Source: Candidatus Zhuqueibacterota bacterium (lineage in GTDB: Bacteria > Zhuqueibacterota > JdFR-76 > DREG01). Taken from it: 64,000 nt of DNA. This document shows, one piece after another, positions 44,112 through 54,943 of this stretch. The stretch spans positions 67 to 64,066 of the forward strand of contig JADFJB010000006.1 of the NCBI GenBank assembly GCA_022566355.1, in the 5' to 3' direction. Position 1 is the stretch's first letter. Each line of letters starts with the position of its first letter. A program made the translations under genes and the position numbers. The notes beneath the pieces were generated by a model. The model ran no database searches, was not told where the DNA came from, and worked only from the letters and a program-made list of their open reading frames with translations.

Positions 44112-45581
44112 TCATCTGTATTGATTGGCAAAAGAAGAAATAGAGATATAATAAAAACCCATTTGGAAAAGAATGAAAAATGGCAACGAAAAATAAAACC
44201 CTTGAGCTGCGAAGTAGAACATTCCATAGGTGAAATAACAGGCAATTATAAATTCCAGAACAAAAATGTAGTCTTTTCCTGTTCTGTAGGTTTTCTTACG
44301 CCAGGAATCTTTCCGAGATTTGACACCAAATTTTGGCGTCCGCTTAAAATCACTCTGTCGGTGAAGCAATGCTTCCAATGCTGCCCGACCATTGTTTAAT
44401 GATAGGCCAATCCCCATTGCCATTACTAAAGGGAGAAAAAGCACATAAGGCCAGCGTTTACCCATAGCTTCTTTCATTGCGAAGCTATAATAAACCATTA
44501 TAGAAAGAGTTGCTGAAAAAAACATTATAAAGTAAACGATTGTTGGCCACAATTTCCCGGTGCCTGCTGTGTATTTCACCACAGGAATCATGAGTAATGC
44601 CGGAACTAACATAAATAAATATGCAAAATTATTGCTTAAGTGGATAATGGCTTCAAGTCGGATAAAAAAGGGAAAATTGGATCGCCATATCCTTGGGATA
44701 AGTTTTAAAGCGGTTTGAACCGATCCTTTTGCCCATCGATATTGTTGCCCCTTATAGGCATTCATTTCTATAGGTAATTCGGCTGGTGAAATGACATCCG
44801 GTAAGAAAATAAATTTCCAGCCTTTAAGCTGTGCCCGGTAGCTCAGATCCAAATCTTCAGTTAGTGTATCATGCTGCCATCCACCGGCATCTAAAATTGC
44901 TTGTCGACGCCAAATACCTGCCGTCCCATTGAAATTAAAGAACCGTCCGGATCTATTTCTTGCTAAATGTTCAATAATAAAATGGGCATCGAGAAAGATT
45001 GCTTGTAGTCGAGTTAACAATGAGAATTTTCGATTTATATGTCCCCAACGAGTTTGCACCATTCCGATTCCTGGTTGCATCAAATGTGGAATGCTTTTCT
45101 TCAAAAAATCAGGATGTGGAACAAAATCCGCATCGAAAATAGCGAGAAATTCGGACTTGGATTGTTCCAATCCCAATTTTAAGGCGCCTGCCTTAAATCC
45201 CAAATTAGTGGGCCGATTAATGTATTCAATTCGATATCCCTTTTTTTGCAAAAGACTGACCAATCGTTTTGCCAGTCGAATTGTAGAATCCGTGGAATCA
45301 TCCAATACCTGTATATGAAGCTTTTCTTTTGGATAATTAAGCGAAATAGCAGCTTTAATTAACCTTTTAATCACATAACGTTCATTGAAAATGGGCAATT
45401 GAACTGTAACCTCGGGCCATTCAGTAGGAGTTTTTGGTGAAGAGAAAATTCTGTTTTTATGTTTTTTATAGGTATATAATAGAAAATATTTGTGAAGCCC
45501 AAATAGAGCAAGACAAGTTAATGCAAAAAAATAAAAAACGAATATGATTACTTGGTCCACTGCGAATTCAATCCTTTCCAA
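44112..45581 (-). CDS. Processive GT2-family glycosyltransferase (cellulose-synthase-like)
   Basis: N-terminal TM. Cytoplasmic VLDDSTD, FDADF (DxD), TEDLDLS (TED) and QQYRWAKG (QxxRW) motifs. C-terminal TM bundle. Confidence 0.75.
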   Translation of the reverse strand: MERIEFAVDQVIIFVFYFFALTCLALFGLHKYFLLYTYKKHKNRIFSSPKTPTEWPEVTVQLPIFNERYVIKRLIKAAISLNYPKEKLHIQVLDDSTDSTIRLAKRLVSLLQKKGYRIEYINRPTNLGFKAGALKLGLEQSKSEFLAIFDADFVPHPDFLKKSIPHLMQPGIGMVQTRWGHINRKFSLLTRLQAIFLDAHFIIEHLARNRSGRFFNFNGTAGIWRRQAILDAGGWQHDTLTEDLDLSYRAQLKGWKFIFLPDVISPAELPIEMNAYKGQQYRWAKGSVQTALKLIPRIWRSNFPFFIRLEAIIHLSNNFAYLFMLVPALLMIPVVKYTAGTGKLWPTIVYFIMFFSATLSIMVYYSFAMKEAMGKRWPYVLFLPLVMAMGIGLSLNNGRAALEALLHRQSDFKRTPKFGVKSRKDSWRKKTYRTGKDYIFVLEFIIACYFTYGMFYFAAQGFYFSLPFFILFQMGFYYISISSFANQYR

Positions 45582-45909
45582 TAATATTGAATGTACAAAA
45601 AAGCTTTAAATGAAAAACTAATATCAACCTTTAAATAATTCAATGAAATAATATTTCCAAGATAAATCGAAATCTATTTCAAATACTTTTATTAACAAAT
45701 CGTTTAGTCTTATCACTAGAACTAACAAATTGCACGAATTTCTTAACAGTTTAAATTATAAATTAATTCCTTGAATATAAAGATTTAAGGGATAGATTTT
45801 TATTGACAAATTAGTTTAATTTTGGTAAAATACAGATTATTGCCTTCATTGTCATTTAATTAAAACGTTATACTTTTCGGGCAGCAATTGTTTATAACTC
45901 AAAAACCTT

Positions 45910-47130
45910 ATGGGAGGTCCGATGGTCACCTTACAAAATAATTTTAAAGATCTATTTAGAGCCGGCCGTGTAGCCTTTAGTTTGCAGCGAGTTTGGATCA
46001 ATTTCTTTGGCCTCGCAATCGGCTACGGAGTTTATTTGATATTTACCTATCTTAGTTTTCTAACTGCAGGAAAGACCTTTCTTGCAATGTGGGATCGCTA
46101 TGGGTTATTTCCTTGTCTTTTCGGCAATGAGTATCCCTGGTTTAGTTGGGCAATTTTTATCATTGGATCATTATTGCTGCTGATGATGGTTTTGGTTACG
46201 AATACGGCGGTTAGCCGGGCAGTTTATATGAACTTGAAAGGAGAAACTTTCTATACCTGGAAGGAAGCTTATAAATTTGCTATGAAGAACATGGCTTCTA
46301 TTCTGGGTGCACCCGTTGCTATAGGAGGAGTTATAATACTATTTGTAATCGGTGCTTTGGTTATGGGACTGGTTGGAAAAATCCCTTTTGTAGGGGAATT
46401 GATTACCTCCACAATGACTTTATTTTACATGGGTGCCGGGCTGTTTGTGTTTTTCCTGGGATTGGTGCTCGTTATCGCATTGATATTAGTTCCTTCAATT
46501 ATTGCAACCACGGATGAGGATGGGTTTGAGGCAGTATTCCAATCATTCTCCCTTTCAACCGGTCAACCGGTCAGACTTATCACTTACTTATTCATTGTTT
46601 GTGCTATTGAGTTTCTTGCATTTTGCATAATGGCTTTTTCGGCAAAAGAAGCCTGGTTCATTTATTCCGATCTGTTTGCAATTTCGATGGGAGATAAGTT
46701 CACACAAATCGGCCAACAAGCCATGTATTATACACAATATACACTTGCAGCTTCACGACCCTGGATCGATTATTATTTGCAGGATCTATCAGGATTTGTT
46801 TATTTCTCCAAGGATTTTATACCGGTCGCCGATTTATCAGCCTGGTCAACGTTTTGCTCTTACATTTTTGCCATCTTTTTGCTGATGGTTGGTGGGTTGG
46901 TAGTGGCTTATGCTGAGGCTACGGGTAACGCCGGATTAACCCTAATGTATTTGGTTATGCGGCAAAAACATGATGGTGAAAATCTCCTCGAGCGAAAAGA
47001 GGAGGACGATGAATTTGAAACCGAAGACACCCCAGCTACCGAAGACTCATCTGGCGAAGACGAAGCTAAAGATGAAAATTCCGAGGAGAAGACAAATGAC
47101 AAATCCGAGGACGAAGAAAATAAAGAATAA
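45910..47130 (+). CDS. Hypothetical multi-TM membrane protein with highly acidic C-terminal tail
   Basis: At least 6 TM. C-terminal ~50 aa is >50% D/E (EEDDEFETEDTPATEDSSGEDEAKDENSEEKTNDKSEDEENKE). Confidence 0.45.
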   Translation: MGGPMVTLQNNFKDLFRAGRVAFSLQRVWINFFGLAIGYGVYLIFTYLSFLTAGKTFLAMWDRYGLFPCLFGNEYPWFSWAIFIIGSLLLLMMVLVTNTAVSRAVYMNLKGETFYTWKEAYKFAMKNMASILGAPVAIGGVIILFVIGALVMGLVGKIPFVGELITSTMTLFYMGAGLFVFFLGLVLVIALILVPSIIATTDEDGFEAVFQSFSLSTGQPVRLITYLFIVCAIEFLAFCIMAFSAKEAWFIYSDLFAISMGDKFTQIGQQAMYYTQYTLAASRPWIDYYLQDLSGFVYFSKDFIPVADLSAWSTFCSYIFAIFLLMVGGLVVAYAEATGNAGLTLMYLVMRQKHDGENLLERKEEDDEFETEDTPATEDSSGEDEAKDENSEEKTNDKSEDEENKE

Positions 47131-47153
47131 CTGAATATTGGAAATCTAAGCAT

Positions 47154-47190
47154 AAGGCGCTGGCAGCGATGTTAGCGCCTTTTTTATTTC
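47154..47190 (+). terminator. Rho-independent terminator
   Basis: aaggcgct - 12-nt loop - agcgcctt (8-bp perfect stem), followed by ttttatttc. Confidence 0.7.
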
Positions 47191-47740
47191 TACCCCTTAA
47201 AAAACAAAGGATGCCAAGTCAAACTTTCCGTTCGCATTTAATCCCTTAATAATGCTCCCATAACTCCCATTATGAGCGCGATTATGAGTTCATTATGCGA
47301 AATTATCATCCTTGATTCCGGCAGTATCAAATCAGCATCCTAAATTTTCATTCTTCAAGAGCGTAATAGTTAAATTTATTTACCTGGTCTATTCATAAAC
47401 CTTATCACTGTCATATGGTTTATTTATAGGTCAGGTTTATAATTAATAATAAATGGTTCGCTGAAATATTAAAAAAAACCGTATAAAGAAAGTAACTTAA
47501 AAATTGGTGTAAAGTCAGAAAATCCTATTTTCTTCATTCGGCTATCATTCAAATTTATAAAAAATTCAAGTCTTCGATCATTCAGAAGGATAGGAATAGT
47601 AAGCTTTGATTTGAAATGGTTTTATTATCATATAACCATTCATTATAAAAATCCATTTGGATTTTAATAAAAGACTATCTATCTTAATTGATTGGTAAAT
47701 AATGATTTTTAAGATCAAATTGATGATTACGGAGGTCGAA

Positions 47741-49963
47741 ATGAACCCCAAAAAATTTAGATCCATCCTGATTTTTATATGGATCCCGATATTCTTTATT
47801 TCAAGTGTAGTTTTTGCTCAAGAAAAGAAATCACTCACTTATGAACAGGTTTTTGAATCTGGTCAACCTAGGTTAACCAAACCCTTACCACGAATTCGCG
47901 GTTGGCTGGATGATAACCATTTTCTCCAACAAAAACAGGATCAATCTGAAAATAATAGGGAGCTATTTAAAATTAGTGCTGCAACAGGCGATGAGACTAT
48001 CTTTTTGGATCCTGAAGATTTTAAAGATGTGCTCCCCGGTGGATTTACATTATTCAGTACTGCAGGTACTACTTCGGATTATTCCGGTTTTCTTTATAAC
48101 CGTAATAATGATTTGTACTATTTAAATACAAACACGAAGGTATTTAAACAGCTAACTGCTACTTCTGCTGAAGAAAAGAATCCAACGTTTTCTCCAGATG
48201 GGAAATTCATTGCCTACACTCGGAATCGTGATCTATTCGCCTTCGACATTGAAACAGGACTGGAACATCAATTGACTGATGATGCATCTGACCATATCTA
48301 TAATGGTTGGGCTTCATGGGTTTATTATGAAGAAATACTTGGCCGCCGCTCTAGGTATCGTGCTTTCTATTTTTCGCCGGATGGCAACAAACTTGCGTTC
48401 CTCAAGTTCGACGATAGTCCTGTACCGAAATTCACTTTATTTCGTGCAAACGGAGCCCACGGTGAACTGGAAGTTGCGTATTATCCGAAACCCGGAGATT
48501 CAAATCCAAAAGTGAAATTAGGGATTGTCGATATATCGTCAGGAGAAACCACCTGGGCTGATTTTGATGAAAACGCTGACGAATATATCGCCTGGGTTTC
48601 CTGGACCCCAGACAACGAAAATGTGACGATCCAATGGATGAACCGGGATCAAAATCATATAAAAATCTATTTGGTAGATCCTTTATCGGGAAGCAAAAAA
48701 GAAATATATGATGAAAAGCAAGATGCCTGGGTAGAGTTTTTTGAAGATCTTCATTTCTTCGAAGACGGCAGTGGCTTTTTAGTCCGTAGTGATGTGGATG
48801 GTTGGAGACATCTTTACGTTTATAACATGGATGGCAGCCTTAAAAAACGGCTAACTAAAGGGGAATGGACGGTTAGAAGCATTCAATTGGTAGATGAAGA
48901 TAATGGACAAATCTTCTTTACTGCAAACAAAGATGAATCAACCGAGAGCCACCTTTACCGGGTAGGGCTGGACGGTAAAGGGTTGAAAAAGCTCTCTTCT
49001 ATTCCGGGTTCCCACCGTATTCAAATGTCACCCGGTGGCAGTTTTTACATCGACACCTATAGCAACATTACAACTCCAACCAAAATGGCTTTGCATAAGG
49101 ATAATGGTGAATTTGTCCGTGAACTCGGCGACAGCAAAACCCCGGAGATGGACAAATATGCATTGGGAAAAATCGAGTTGTTCCGTGTCAAAATTAAGGA
49201 TGGTTTTAACCTTCCGTTAAAATGGTACCTGCCTCCTGATTTTAATCCCAATATCAAATACCCGGTTTTATTTTCTGTATATGGCGGACCTAATGCAGGA
49301 TCCGTTCGTAACTCCGGCCCATCCTTGTCATCGCACTATCGGGCTCAACAAGGTATTATTGTCTTGAATGTGGATCATCGTGGATCCGGTCATTTTGGCA
49401 AGAAAGGCGTTGCTCAAATGTACCGGAACCTGGGTAAATGGGAAATGCATGATTGGATTGAAATCGTAAAATGGCTGCGGAAAAAATCATTTGTAGACCC
49501 TCACAGGATTGGTATTACCGGCGGAAGTTATGGCGGCTATGCCACTTTATTAGCGCTTACAACTGGTGCGGAATATTTTACGCATGGCGTTTCCAATTCT
49601 CCGGTTACCGATTGGAAGCTTTACGATACTGTTTATACTGAACGCTATATGGACCGGCCGGTAGACAATCCCGAAGGCTACAAAAATAGCTCAGCCATGA
49701 CAAATATTGAGAATTTTAAAGGAAAGCTTCTGCTGACCCATGGAACGATAGATGACAATGTCCACATGCAAAATTCCATTCAATTTATCGAAGCAATGAT
49801 GAAACATGGCAAACAGTTTGAGTTGATGATTTACCCGAACGAAAGACATGGCTTTCGCAATCCGGAGCGCCGCAGCCATCGAAGTAAATTGATTGATAAT
49901 TTCTGGTCCAGGCATTTTGGGAATAATGAAGCGAAGGATACAGTAGCTATTTCCGGGAATTAA
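47741..49963 (+). CDS. S9-family peptidase, dipeptidyl-peptidase IV-like (secreted)
   Basis: Signal peptide MNPKKFRSILIFIWIPIFFISSVVFAQ (GGAGG RBS). N-terminal beta-propeller region. C-terminal alpha/beta hydrolase with GGSYGGY nucleophile motif, and Asp/His in THGTIDDNVHMQNS / ERHGF. Confidence 0.85.
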   Translation: MNPKKFRSILIFIWIPIFFISSVVFAQEKKSLTYEQVFESGQPRLTKPLPRIRGWLDDNHFLQQKQDQSENNRELFKISAATGDETIFLDPEDFKDVLPGGFTLFSTAGTTSDYSGFLYNRNNDLYYLNTNTKVFKQLTATSAEEKNPTFSPDGKFIAYTRNRDLFAFDIETGLEHQLTDDASDHIYNGWASWVYYEEILGRRSRYRAFYFSPDGNKLAFLKFDDSPVPKFTLFRANGAHGELEVAYYPKPGDSNPKVKLGIVDISSGETTWADFDENADEYIAWVSWTPDNENVTIQWMNRDQNHIKIYLVDPLSGSKKEIYDEKQDAWVEFFEDLHFFEDGSGFLVRSDVDGWRHLYVYNMDGSLKKRLTKGEWTVRSIQLVDEDNGQIFFTANKDESTESHLYRVGLDGKGLKKLSSIPGSHRIQMSPGGSFYIDTYSNITTPTKMALHKDNGEFVRELGDSKTPEMDKYALGKIELFRVKIKDGFNLPLKWYLPPDFNPNIKYPVLFSVYGGPNAGSVRNSGPSLSSHYRAQQGIIVLNVDHRGSGHFGKKGVAQMYRNLGKWEMHDWIEIVKWLRKKSFVDPHRIGITGGSYGGYATLLALTTGAEYFTHGVSNSPVTDWKLYDTVYTERYMDRPVDNPEGYKNSSAMTNIENFKGKLLLTHGTIDDNVHMQNSIQFIEAMMKHGKQFELMIYPNERHGFRNPERRSHRSKLIDNFWSRHFGNNEAKDTVAISGN

Positions 49964-50171
49964 CCACTCGTGCTTAATTTTAGCTACTAATAATTTACAG
50001 GATTGCCCATAATAAGTGGATGGATGTCATTCAGGCGGAAACTATTTTTATACTACGTAAGGTGCTGTTTTTTAAAATAGATTCCTTTCGACTACGTAGA
50101 GCGGCGCCTCCAGGATGATAAGAGATGCATTATTAGTTTAGCTCTTTCAACCCATAACCAATTAAAAACCT

Positions 50172-52166
50172 ATGAATGTCGAACAACAAGCCGTGCATAC
50201 CATTCGTTTCCTTGCTGTGGATGCTGTCGAAAAAGCCAACTCGGGACACCCGGGTCTGCCCATGGGGGCGGCAGATTATGCCTTTGTTTTGTGGACCAAA
50301 TTTTTACGTTTCAATCCCAAAGATCCAAAATGGATCGATCGGGATCGATTTATTTTATCTGCCGGCCATGGTTCAATGCTGTTGTATGCCCTGCTGCATT
50401 TAAACGAATATGACCTTAGCCTTAAGGACATCAAACAATTTCGGCAATTGGGAAGTAAAACACCAGGCCATCCAGAGTATGGAGCGGCGCCGGGTATTGA
50501 AACGACCACCGGTCCGCTCGGCCAGGGTTTTGGAACCGGAGTCGGAATGGCTCTTGCCGGAAAAATGTTGGCCGCTAGGTTCAACACACCTGACTTTTCT
50601 CCTATTACCTATCGGATATTTGGCATTGTAAGTGATGGTGATTTAATGGAAGGCGTCACTGCCGAGGCAGCTTCTTTAGCCGGTCATTTGGGGCTTGGCA
50701 ATCTTATCTACATTTATGATGATAATCGAATCACCATAGATGGATCTACGGATCTATCATTTTCTGAAAATGTTGCTCAAAGATTCGAAGCTTATGGATG
50801 GCATGTGCAATCCATCGATGGACATGATAGGACTGAAATTGAAGCTGCTCTGAGTGCTACGGTTGCTGTATCAACACAACCTTCATTGGTCATCGCTCGG
50901 TCGCATATTGCCTTTGGCAGCCCTAACAAACAGGACTCAGAAGCTTCTCATGGTGCACCGCTCGGAGCTGAAGAAGCCAAGGCTACCAAGAAAAAACTTG
51001 GCTGGCCAACGGATGTTGAATTTCACATCCCGGGTTCTGTTAAGGAATTTTTTCACCAAATTGTGCATAAAAATGAGATTGAATATCAAAATTGGCAGGT
51101 AGCATTTTCTTTATGGAAACAAAATTTTTCCGAAAAGGCCGTCTTGTGGAATCAGCACTTTGATAATCCCACGCCAAATCATTTCGCTGAAGAGCTCTTA
51201 AAAGCTGCCGGTACGGATGCCGGAGCAACCAGGACTCATTCCGGTAATGTCCTGCAAAAAGCCGCCGAATTAGTACCTGCCCTTTGCGGCGGTTCTGCCG
51301 ATCTGGCTGCTTCCTTGAAAACTTTGGTAAAAAATAGTCCGGATATCACCAAAAGTGATTTTACCGGCCAGAATATTCATTTTGGCGTTCGTGAACATGG
51401 CATGGCCGCTATTGCAAACGGACTTGCTTTATCAGGAGGATTTATTCCTTATGTTTCAACATTCTTAATCTTTTCCGATTACATGCGTCCTTCTATTCGG
51501 CTGGCGGCATTGATGGGAATTCAGGTAATTTATGTTTTCAGCCACGACAGTATATTCCTGGGAGAAGATGGACCAACTCATCAATCCGTCGAGCAAATAG
51601 CGTCGTTACGATTGATTCCTTGCATGAATGTTTTTCGTCCGGCAGACGCAAGCGAAACTGCTTTTGCCTGGGCACATGCTATCGAACATAACGAGGGACC
51701 TACGGCGCTCATTTTAACGCGTCAAACGATTCCTGAGTTTGAACGTGATCATCCGATTTCATATGATGAATTCAAAAAGGGTGGCTATACTCTTCAGGAA
51801 GCAACTCGTGGTAATCCGGAATTTGTTATCATAGCTACCGGCTCGGAAGTGCCATTGGCATGCGAAACACGAATGTCGCTGGAAGCTAAAGGTTTTCCAA
51901 CGCGTGTGGTATCAATGCCGGCAGATTCTTTATTCCGTCGTCAAACAGAGGAATATCAACGGGCAGTTTTGGGAAATCAAAAAACCAGGAAGATAGTTAT
52001 GGAAGCCGGCTCGCCTAATGCCTGGTATGAATTTGCTGGTCGTGAAGCGCTTACTATTGGAGTAACAAGATTCGGGGAGTCAGCTCCTATACGGGATTTG
52101 GTTCCTCATTTTGGATTTACTGTTGATGCAGTACTAAAAAGAATGGAAGAAAAAGGTTGGATCTAA
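50172..52166 (+). CDS. tkt: Transketolase
   Basis: AVDAVEKANSGHPGLPMGAA, GHGSMLLYALLHL, and the ThDP motif GDGDLMEGV. 664 aa. Confidence 0.9.
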   Translation: MNVEQQAVHTIRFLAVDAVEKANSGHPGLPMGAADYAFVLWTKFLRFNPKDPKWIDRDRFILSAGHGSMLLYALLHLNEYDLSLKDIKQFRQLGSKTPGHPEYGAAPGIETTTGPLGQGFGTGVGMALAGKMLAARFNTPDFSPITYRIFGIVSDGDLMEGVTAEAASLAGHLGLGNLIYIYDDNRITIDGSTDLSFSENVAQRFEAYGWHVQSIDGHDRTEIEAALSATVAVSTQPSLVIARSHIAFGSPNKQDSEASHGAPLGAEEAKATKKKLGWPTDVEFHIPGSVKEFFHQIVHKNEIEYQNWQVAFSLWKQNFSEKAVLWNQHFDNPTPNHFAEELLKAAGTDAGATRTHSGNVLQKAAELVPALCGGSADLAASLKTLVKNSPDITKSDFTGQNIHFGVREHGMAAIANGLALSGGFIPYVSTFLIFSDYMRPSIRLAALMGIQVIYVFSHDSIFLGEDGPTHQSVEQIASLRLIPCMNVFRPADASETAFAWAHAIEHNEGPTALILTRQTIPEFERDHPISYDEFKKGGYTLQEATRGNPEFVIIATGSEVPLACETRMSLEAKGFPTRVVSMPADSLFRRQTEEYQRAVLGNQKTRKIVMEAGSPNAWYEFAGREALTIGVTRFGESAPIRDLVPHFGFTVDAVLKRMEEKGWI

Positions 52167-52170
52167 AGAA

Positions 52171-52479
52171 TTATGACCACCGGTTGCGATGATTTCGGGA
52201 ATGTTCTAATCGCTCATGCCAATTATGATAGGCTTGCAAATCCGAACCTTTCAAACATAACTCTAAAAATTCCTGTTTGACGGTGGGACGGTTTTCAGCA
52301 TCGTGCAACTTTAGCTGATCAATTAAATCATATAACTGAAATTTTTCATCAAAAGAAAGCATTTGAGACACCGGTTCGAAAATCTTATAAACCTCTTTTC
52401 GTAATTTGGCTTCTTCTGCAGCGCCTTTAGCAATGGTAAAGTTTGGAGACTCTTTTAATATTTCTAAATAATTTTCCAT
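52171..52479 (-). CDS. Hypothetical small protein
   Basis: Start at MENYLEIL, with GGAGGAG RBS 8 nt upstream. No domain recognised. Confidence 0.4.
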   Translation of the reverse strand: MENYLEILKESPNFTIAKGAAEEAKLRKEVYKIFEPVSQMLSFDEKFQLYDLIDQLKLHDAENRPTVKQEFLELCLKGSDLQAYHNWHERLEHSRNHRNRWS

Positions 52480-52666
52480 AGTTTTACTCCTCCTCGTTAA
52501 CATATCGGTTGTTCGAATACTTTTTTAAAGGAAACTGGACTAACATTTTAATTATTTTTGGAAATTGATTTCTACAAAACATAAAACAGCTAACTTTTAC
52601 TTGACATTAGCTTTCTGTTTTTTGATTTTTGAATGGTACATTTTTTATTTTTTGTAGCTGTAATAA

Positions 52667-53845
52667 ATGGGTATGAAAATCGAACGAAATTTAAAGATGG
52701 GCATGGTCGGTGGCGGACCGGATGCGTTCATTGGTGAGGTTCATCGCAAGGCCGCTCGTATCGATGGCGGGATTGAACTTGTTGCAGGGACTTTCAGCCG
52801 GGATTTCGAAAAGTCCAAACAAACCGGCAACGAACTTTTCCTAGATAGCGCCAGAGTCTATAGCAGTTTCACTGAAATGATTAATCAAGAAAGAACACTG
52901 CCCGAAGGAGAACGAATTGATTTTGTTTCCATTGTTACACCCAATAATTGGCACTTCCCCATTGCCAAAGATTTCTTAAAAGCAGGGTTCCATGTGGTTT
53001 GTGACAAACCTATGACCATCAACCTGGATGAAGCTAAGCAGCTTAAAAAAATAGTTGGTGAAACCATCAAACTTTTTGCATTGACTCACAATTACACCGG
53101 CTACCCGATGGTTAAACTGGCCCGGGATATGGTTCGACAAGACGATTTAGGAAATATCCGCAAAGTTGTTGTGCAATATCCCCAGGGATGGCTTTCTACT
53201 CCCCTGGAAAAAACCGGGCAAAAACAAGCCGAGTGGCGCACCGATCCGAAGCAAAGCGGCGCAGGTTGCATGGGTGATATTGGCACTCATTGCGAAAACC
53301 TGGCAGAATATATCACGGGATTGAAAATCACTGAAATCTGCGCGGATATAACTACGTTCGTCCCTGGCCGTAAAGTTGATGACGATGGTAATTGTCTTCT
53401 TCGGTTTGATAATGGCGCTAAGGGTATTTTACATGCCAGCCAAATTTCAGTTGGAGAGGAAAATAATCTCGCGATTTGGGTTTACGGTGAAAAGAAAAGC
53501 CTGGTGTGGCACCAGGAGTATCCCAATGATCTTACTATAAAATCACAAGAGGCACCGGTGCAGGTATGGCGCCGGGGTAATAGTTATGTCGCTGAAAAAA
53601 GTCCTGCTGCTGCTCGTGCGACTCGACTGCCACCCGGACATCCGGAAGCCTTTATCGAAGCATTTGCAAATATCTACTGTAATTTTGCCGACACGTTAAG
53701 GGCTCGTTTAGCAAACAGAAGCCCTGATGATCTTGCGCTTGATTTTCCAACAGTTGAAGACGGCCTTCGTGGAATGGCATATTTAGATTCAGTATTTACT
53801 AGCGCTAATAACAATCAAAAATGGACTCCCTTGAAATCAAGTTGA
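52667..53845 (+). CDS. Gfo/Idh/MocA-family oxidoreductase
   Basis: Rossmann N-terminus [20 protein letters not shown] (EKP-like) motif. 392 aa. Confidence 0.8.
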   Translation: MGMKIERNLKMGMVGGGPDAFIGEVHRKAARIDGGIELVAGTFSRDFEKSKQTGNELFLDSARVYSSFTEMINQERTLPEGERIDFVSIVTPNNWHFPIAKDFLKAGFHVVCDKPMTINLDEAKQLKKIVGETIKLFALTHNYTGYPMVKLARDMVRQDDLGNIRKVVVQYPQGWLSTPLEKTGQKQAEWRTDPKQSGAGCMGDIGTHCENLAEYITGLKITEICADITTFVPGRKVDDDGNCLLRFDNGAKGILHASQISVGEENNLAIWVYGEKKSLVWHQEYPNDLTIKSQEAPVQVWRRGNSYVAEKSPAAARATRLPPGHPEAFIEAFANIYCNFADTLRARLANRSPDDLALDFPTVEDGLRGMAYLDSVFTSANNNQKWTPLKSS

Positions 53846-53866
53846 TTATGTTTTTAGGAGAAGTTT

Positions 53867-54859
53867 ATGAATAGACCCGTTACCCTGTTTACCGGCCAAT
53901 GGGCCGACTTAGCTTTAGAAGAACTCGCCCGAAAGGCGGCTATCTGGGATTATGATGGATTAGAGTTGGCTTGTTGGGGCGATCATTTGGATGTTGAAAA
54001 AGCAGCCACGATCCCGGATTACTATGAACATCAATTGGAAATTTTGAAAAGAAATAATTTGAATGTTTACTCAATCAGCAATCACCTTGCCGGACAACTT
54101 GTATGCGATTTGAATAATGATTCGCGTTCCGATGCATTCGCTCCCGCTGATTGTGCCGGAGATCCTGATAAAAAGCGACAGTGGGCAGTGGAAGCCATGA
54201 AGAATACTGCCAGAGCCGCGAAGAACATGGGTCTTTCTGTGGTTAATGGTTTTACCGGTTCTTCGATTTGGCATTTGTTGTATAGTTTTCCCCCGGTTAA
54301 CGAAAAGACGATCGAGGAAGGATTTTCTTATTTCGCCGAAATGTGGAATCCTATTCTGGATGTATTCGATGAATGCGGTGTAAAATTTGCTCTGGAAGTT
54401 CATCCCACGGAAATAGCTTTTGATATTATCACAGCACGAAAAGCGCTTGAAGTTATCGATAATCGGGAAGCATTCGGATTTAATTTCGATCCAAGCCACC
54501 TTCATTGGCAGATGGTCGATCCGGTCAATTTTCTCAAAGAATTTCCGGATCGTATTTATCATGTTCATATGAAAGATGCCGCACTACAATTGAACGGAAA
54601 ATCAGGGATACTTGCTTCTCATTTAAAATTTGGTCATCCTGATCGCGGTTGGGATTTTCGCTCATTGGGCCGGGGAGGTGTTGATTTTGAGGAGATCATT
54701 CGAACCCTGAATCAAATCGGTTACAATGGACCGCTTTCTGTAGAATGGGAAGACAGCGGTATGGACCGTGAAGACGGCGCCAGAGAAGCTTGTGAATTTG
54801 TAAAGAAACTCGATTTTAAGCCGTCCCAGGTTGCTTTTGATGGAGCGTTCGATCAATGA
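53867..54859 (+). CDS. Sugar-phosphate isomerase/epimerase (xylose-isomerase-like TIM barrel)
   Basis: ALEVHPTE ... NFDPSHL ... HVHMKDA metal-ligand pattern of AP-endonuclease-2 / xylose-isomerase-like TIM barrels. 330 aa. Confidence 0.8.
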   Translation: MNRPVTLFTGQWADLALEELARKAAIWDYDGLELACWGDHLDVEKAATIPDYYEHQLEILKRNNLNVYSISNHLAGQLVCDLNNDSRSDAFAPADCAGDPDKKRQWAVEAMKNTARAAKNMGLSVVNGFTGSSIWHLLYSFPPVNEKTIEEGFSYFAEMWNPILDVFDECGVKFALEVHPTEIAFDIITARKALEVIDNREAFGFNFDPSHLHWQMVDPVNFLKEFPDRIYHVHMKDAALQLNGKSGILASHLKFGHPDRGWDFRSLGRGGVDFEEIIRTLNQIGYNGPLSVEWEDSGMDREDGAREACEFVKKLDFKPSQVAFDGAFDQ

Positions 54860-54866
54860 AGATAAA

Positions 54867-54904
54867 TACAAAGGCACAAAGGCACAAAGGCACAAAGGCA
54901 CAAA
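54867..54904 (+). repeat. Tandem 9-bp repeat (CAAAGGCAC)x4
   Basis: Direct read: acaaaggcacaaaggcacaaaggcacaaaggcacaaat, between the stop of 53867..54859 and the start of the DUF1080 gene. Confidence 0.9.
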
Positions 54905-54943
54905 TTATTTTAGGAATAATAACAAAAATATAAAGGTATCATA

